Assembly: GCF_964204645.1 (NCBI RefSeq)
Contig: NC_134030.1
Coordinates: forward strand, 16,182,110-16,246,109
Reading direction: 5' to 3'
Length of the DNA: 64,000 bases
From: Tubulanus polymorphus
Taxonomy: Eukaryota; Animalia; Nemertea
The notes beneath the pieces were generated by a model. That model ran no database searches, was not told where the DNA came from, and worked only from the letters and a program-made list of their open reading frames with translations. The translations under genes and the position numbers were made by a program. This document shows, in pieces, positions 58,652-64,000 of this stretch. The stretch's first letter is position 1. Each line of letters opens with the position of its first letter.

Positions 58652-58963
58652 GGGATTTTAAGCATTTCTGTATTAGATACGTATTAGGTGCCTTAATACT
58701 TAAAATTTGTAATATTATATAATTTTGAATTGTGTATGAGTGGACGAGTGGACGAAATGGACGAATGGACGAGGGTAACATATGTAATTTATATATGTTT
58801 TTTATTTGAAAAACAGTAACATTTTGATTTGAAGTTATTTTATCAATTTTATACTATATTTAAATATTATTTTAATAAAATATAAAATATATTAGCTGAA
58901 AATATAAATTATATTAGTTAAAAATATGAATATGATAAATCCGTCAAGACATAGGGGTTTATT

Positions 58964-60043
58964 TCAAATAAGACCCCCCTGTCGTACATTCGTACACTCG
59001 TACATCAATACGTATAGGAAATTAATCTTTTTCATTTTCATATTTTTCTTTTCTAACAATATATTCCTTTTCATTGATATTGGTATAATTCCTAATTGAT
59101 TCCCGAGTTGATATTTATTGAATGTTTCTCTTGAAAATATTTTCGGAATATAATTTTCGATTTCATTTTTAGATGGATGTTTATTTAGAAATTCTCTAAA
59201 ATCATCATATTTAAGTTCAAATAAGTTCATTGCATAAGTTACATTTGGTTTAAAGTTATCTACCTTTTTCAATATGGTAACTACATCATTACTCGAGTAA
59301 TAATCTATAAATGTTTTTCTGTACCACCGATAATCTGATATATTCATTTTATTGAATTTTGGATTTATAATTAATGGATTTTCTATTACATTATCTGTAC
59401 CTATATGTTTAATTGAGTATTAATGATTCAATTGTTTATAATATATTACATATTCTTTACATTTTTCACCCCAAGATTGAAATACGTGTATTGCATGGAC
59501 TGAATCATTTCCACCTTTTGTTTTTAATTTATAATGTTTTGACCAATTAGTCTTTGTTATACATTCATTACAGAAGGCACAATAATTTTGATCTTCTTTG
59601 CATTTATCTTTATATATATTAGCATATGTTTTTACTAATTGTAGAATATGTTCATATTTTTTGAAGTGCAATAAATAATCATTATAATTATCAAAATCTT
59701 CTTCACAATACATACATCTGATGTTTTCTTTTGGTTTAACATTTGATTTTTCTATTTTATAGTTAGAGGTAGATGCTGTTATATCTTCTTTTTTTGTTTC
59801 AATATTATCTTCTTTTTTTGTTTCAATATTATCTTCTTTTTTTGTTTCAATATTATCTTCTTTTTTAGGTTCAATATTATCTTCTATTTTAGGTTCAACA
59901 TTACTATCTATTTTACTTATTCTATAATTGAATATATTAAAGTATTCTCCAAAATACTAACTATATTCACCATAAGGTATTACATAATATATATCTGATA
60001 TCATTTCACTTGAACTTTGTATTTCATATATTCCTCCTTCCAT
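58964..60043 (-). pseudogene. Zn-finger protein with IETK repeats, disrupted
   Basis: MEGGIYEI start homologous to 1754; CMYC and CAFC fingers. Confidence 0.6.
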
Positions 60044-60089
60044 TTATTATAAAATTTTTTATTAAAATTAAAATTCTAATTCATAACAC

Positions 60090-61311
60090 TATTAAATTGA
60101 GAATTTACAATAATTAATTGCGCGTCAGAATACAAATGTGCATTTTGAAATTTTTGATTCCTTTTTTCTTTTTCATGAGTAATCGTATTCCATCTTTAGT
60201 ATTCTGTAATTTTTTACCAGAAACATGTAATAAGTTATCTTCATTGGTTCTAAAATCTAACCATAATGCATAATTATTACCAGTATAGCAATCAATTTGA
60301 TTAATATTAGAATTTTCAGATGATTTTACTTTTTCATTCATAAAATGTTTTCTAATTTTTGGCCACTGATCTATCATTCTCATTCATTCTCATTCATTGA
60401 CAGAATATGTTATTAGCTATACCTTCGATGGTTATTTCTACTTTTGATAATTCAGGATTATAATAATTATCAACCTGTATTGCACCATTTGAATATGTTG
60501 CAATGGTAAAAAATATTAATATACCTTTAATAGATCTTCTTGGGAAGTTAATATTCTCATTAATTATATCTTCATTTGCATTAATAGTTACAGTTTTAAA
60601 TTTATCAATGTAATCATATAATAATGAAAATCCTTGATTGTATTGAGTTTGAATTATGCTTGAAATATTTTCATCAGTTACTATATCATATTCTAAACAT
60701 ATATTCGATAGTTTATAACCCATATCTTCTTTAACTACGCTAGCTAGCACAATGTGCAAATTTTATTTCGAATATAATATCTTCTTGAATTGCATATTTA
60801 TATAAAGGTGCATTGTTATTAATCAATTCAAAATCTGATGGAATTTTATATTTGCTTCCATAAATCTTTTTTATTAAATTATCTACGTCATTGGCTTCTA
60901 CTGCATTATTAGCTTCTGATCTTAATTTATTTTGGTTTTCTGATTGGATGCCTTGAAATATCATATTATTTCTATTTTCTTTTGTTAACCATAAATGTTT
61001 ATAATGCATAAAAAATTATAATCATCTAATGAATAAACTGTTTCTGGCCCAATCTTTATAGTTAATTTTTTAATCAAATATCTTCCAACATTATCAACAA
61101 CATAACTGTTATCATGGCCAGTTACTTTTATATCAGCCGATAAATGAATACTATTTGGAACATAAAAAGTATTTTGTGTTAATCGAGGAATTCTAACATA
61201 TAAAGTTTCATCAGGATTAATATTAGAAGGATTATGAGTAATTATATGATGAGATCTTTCTGCTTTAATAGCATTAGATATTCTAGAAGGATTTATGTAA
61301 CTCCCACTCAT
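60090..61311 (-). pseudogene. Major capsid protein, multiply frameshifted
   Basis: Four consecutive ORF pieces align to 11659-12906. Confidence 0.85.
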
Positions 61312-61396
61312 TTATTTAAGAGAAAAACATATCATTTATTTTTTATCATATTCACTATTCCAAAAATAATTACAATTACAACTGTAATCAAAAATC

Positions 61397-61795
61397 AGAT
61401 GTCATCAGTCAGTGATGTCATCCTTCATCTCGGCACGAATGATGCCACTCAAAACAAGAATGACCCCGATACCGTAAAAATGAACTTGTCTATTAGCCAA
61501 GACAGCTGAGTATTATCCAAAATCTCAGATACATCTATCCAGCATCATTCCGAGAAAAGGCGGCAGCAACAATGTAAAAGACTTCAACAACACAGTATTA
61601 GAAATTAATTCTTACATGGGAAAGTTGTGTTTGAAGAATAACATGTCATTTATCGACAATGACACATTTTTGAAGTCGACCTATGGCAAAGTACTCGATC
61701 GCTATTATTCAGTGACCGATAGAAGTGGCATCCATCTTAGTGAAACCGGGAAGTTAGCTCTGATAAAGAAATTCTGCGAAGCAGTTGAATGAATC
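61397..61795 (+). mobile_element. SGNH-esterase fragment resembling CR1/L2 non-LTR retrotransposon ORF1, inserted in the membrane-protein gene
   Basis: VILHLGTND, SSIIPR, FIDND, D.SGIHLS motifs. Confidence 0.65.
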
Positions 61796-62225
61796 GGCGA
61801 AAGCGATGTCTGTGCGACACCAAAGACGGGTAACACCGGAAAGAAACGTAAAGACAGATCCCTTACTGAGACGCCTCCCTCTGCCGAAAAGACCACCAAA
61901 AAGCCAAATGTCCAAGAATAAACATGAGCCTATCTATTATATACTTAATTTTCTATATACTTATATTTCTTACTATATGCGACAAGTACAGAGTGATGAT
62001 CTCTGTCTATCATTATTGGATCTAATCCTTTTTTATATAAAATATCAATGTATCTCGGTAATATAATTGTAACAGACCGTATCAAGGTCATTCAGAATAA
62101 TTCTGATTACTTACTAGATCACGAATTAATCGACTCTAATCCTTTGAATAATGATTGTCCTTATATAGATATGTATGACATAACGTGCTTGTTCAGGAAA
62201 TATTTTTAATTGTTCTTCATTTAAA

Positions 62226-63180
62226 TCAAGTAATCCTTTTTAAACAAATATTGCATTCGTTCCATTGATTTGTTCCAGTTTCAGTACCAGGTGTATCTAA
62301 TATACTATTCATCTCTTCTTCAAATGAATGAACTGTATCTAACATGCTATCAAAATGTTTTACTACTTGTAATTGACTTGAACCATTATCAATTTGTTGA
62401 ATATCTCTTCTCGATGTTTCTGGTGTTGAAGTTCTTAATTCATCTAATCTATCTCCATACTCTTCCATTTCTGGATCAACATATGTAGGATTTAAATTTG
62501 GATTTTTGAATGGTGAATATTTGTTAATATCAATACCAACATTTGGTTCTTCTTCATTTATTCTATCGAGTGCATCCCATATAATTCTGAGAAATTCTGT
62601 ACCACCTTTTGAACGTTCAATTGCAGATCTCGCTAACATTTCAGGATGGTACAGATCGTCTTGTCTTAGATAATTGAATTGATACAGTTTTGTTATTTAA
62701 TTCAACATTATAATACAATGAATCATTTTTAAATTCTAAATTATTCATGAAATGTGGATCATCTTCTCTAATTTGTTCTGAAATATCTTCTGGTTCAATG
62801 TTATCTGTTACATTTTTTGGTAATAATTCTTCAATAACGGTATTTGTTACACTATGTTTTATGTGTAATAATTCTTTTTTCAATTTAGGGTTTTCTGTTC
62901 TTTCTAATCTATTAATTTAATCTTTTCTTTCTGGTCTAGTTTTTATTATTATCTCATCGTGGGTTCTTAAATAATCTGTTAATTTTTCACTTGTTTCAGT
63001 ATCATCTTTAGATTCATCATAATCATATAATATAGGCCCACTAGAATCATCTTCACCTAAATTAGTATTATATGCTGCTCCATCATCATTATCAATAGTA
63101 GTTTCATTAAAAGCAGGTTGTGGTTCATCACTTATACCAGGGGCGTCACCAAAAGTATCAATTGGAATATCTTCTTCCAT
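62226..63180 (-). pseudogene. N-terminal part of the coiled-coil/membrane protein (family 2 variant)
   Basis: MEEDIPIDTFGDAPGISDEPQPAFNET resembles the N-terminus of 12950-14395; C-terminal codons at 61336-61396. Confidence 0.6.
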
Positions 63181-63195
63181 TTATATAATGAAAAA

Positions 63196-64000
63196 TTAAA
63201 ATTTAAAATATAATATTCCTCCTATTACAATTCCTTTACAAGTTATAGCTAATTTAGCATTTTCATGTGATTTATTATCATTATTACTCTTAATTATTTC
63301 ATGTTGAATAATATCAGTTTTTATATTTTCTGATGTATTGTAATCTTTTATTTGAGAATCATTATTTAATTTTATATTCTTAGTTTTAGTTTCAGTTGAG
63401 TGAATATGTTTTTTAATTTTTTCACCTTCCATTAGTTTTGGAGCAATATTAATATTAATTTTTTTTATATCATTTAATCCAAATGAATTATTTATTGTTG
63501 CAGTGTTAATTAGATTATTATAACCAATTATATTTCCCATTTTTAGTATTAAATCATCAGAAATAATTAATAAATTGGGTCCTATACAATAATTTAATCT
63601 TACATGAGATTTATCTAAATAATTCTGGTAACTATATTTTCTGGAATTAATCTATTTTTATCATTATGAATAGAATCTTCAAATAAAACTTTAAATTGTT
63701 TCTGCGCATCAAATGTAGTATTATCATTTCCAACTATTGGGGATCTTGTTTCAACTTGCGCACCTAAAATACATATCAAATAAGTTCTAATAGATTGATT
63801 TATTCTCTGTATTCCAGCTTTAGTAAAACCTTCACTATTTTCCAAAATAAAATTAATCCATCCATTATTATTTTGTTGTTGTATATTATTATAATATTTT
63901 GTTAATTCATTCCAATTTAGTGTTCTTATATCTGTATTTGTTATTATTTTTCCTAATTCTTTAGTATATAATATTCCTAATCCACCCATTGTACCAATTT
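63196..64000 (-). pseudogene. Homologue of the 381-aa conserved protein, frameshifted and truncated by the window edge
   Basis: GFTKAGIQRINQSIR..FDAQKQFKVLFEDS. Confidence 0.75.

Larger units (their letters stand above)
55081..64000. mobile_element. Degraded Polinton family 2 (element D) in the ACE intron; runs off the window
   Basis: HNH, two hypotheticals, INT, ATPase (+); Zn-finger, MCP, membrane protein, 381-aa homologue (-); same order as element 0. Left boundary uncertain. Confidence 0.85.

Noticed and set aside
1-64000. Bacterial or free-virus contig
   Set aside because: GT-AG ACE exons, LTR, Helentron, Harbinger and LINE fragments and TSD-flanked insertions indicate an animal chromosome.

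Overview
Eukaryotic (invertebrate-like animal) genomic DNA dominated by a nested cluster of AT-rich endogenous Polinton/Maverick (adintovirus-like) dsDNA viruses. Two full-length copies of one family are bounded by AGTAATT-starting TIRs and perfect 6-bp TSDs: element A (8067-24560, TSD TATTTA) and element B (29179-44436, TSD CATGTA). Two degraded copies of a second family with a different gene order run off the window edges (element 0, 1-~24890, interrupted; element D, ~55100-64000), and there are smaller relics. The elements encode protein-primed PolB, a chromodomain-fused retroviral-type integrase, an A32-like packaging ATPase, major and minor jelly-roll capsid proteins, Zn-finger and membrane proteins and, in some copies, an HNH endonuclease. 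No adenain-type protease is recognisable. The host gene is an angiotensin-converting-enzyme (peptidase M2) homologue on the minus strand, whose last two coding exons are at 54848-54970 and 47096-47342. Highlights: (1) a complete 350-aa LAGLIDADG intein in the YFD|TD catalytic motif of element A pPolB, absent from the sister copy 20 kb away and flanked by a co-conversion-like divergence tract; (2) a poxvirus-late-like T-tract/TAAATG motif before most viral genes; (3) a conserved, covarying structured non-coding element that follows the HNH/ORF108 genes in five copies. All comparisons were made by eye; no searches were run.
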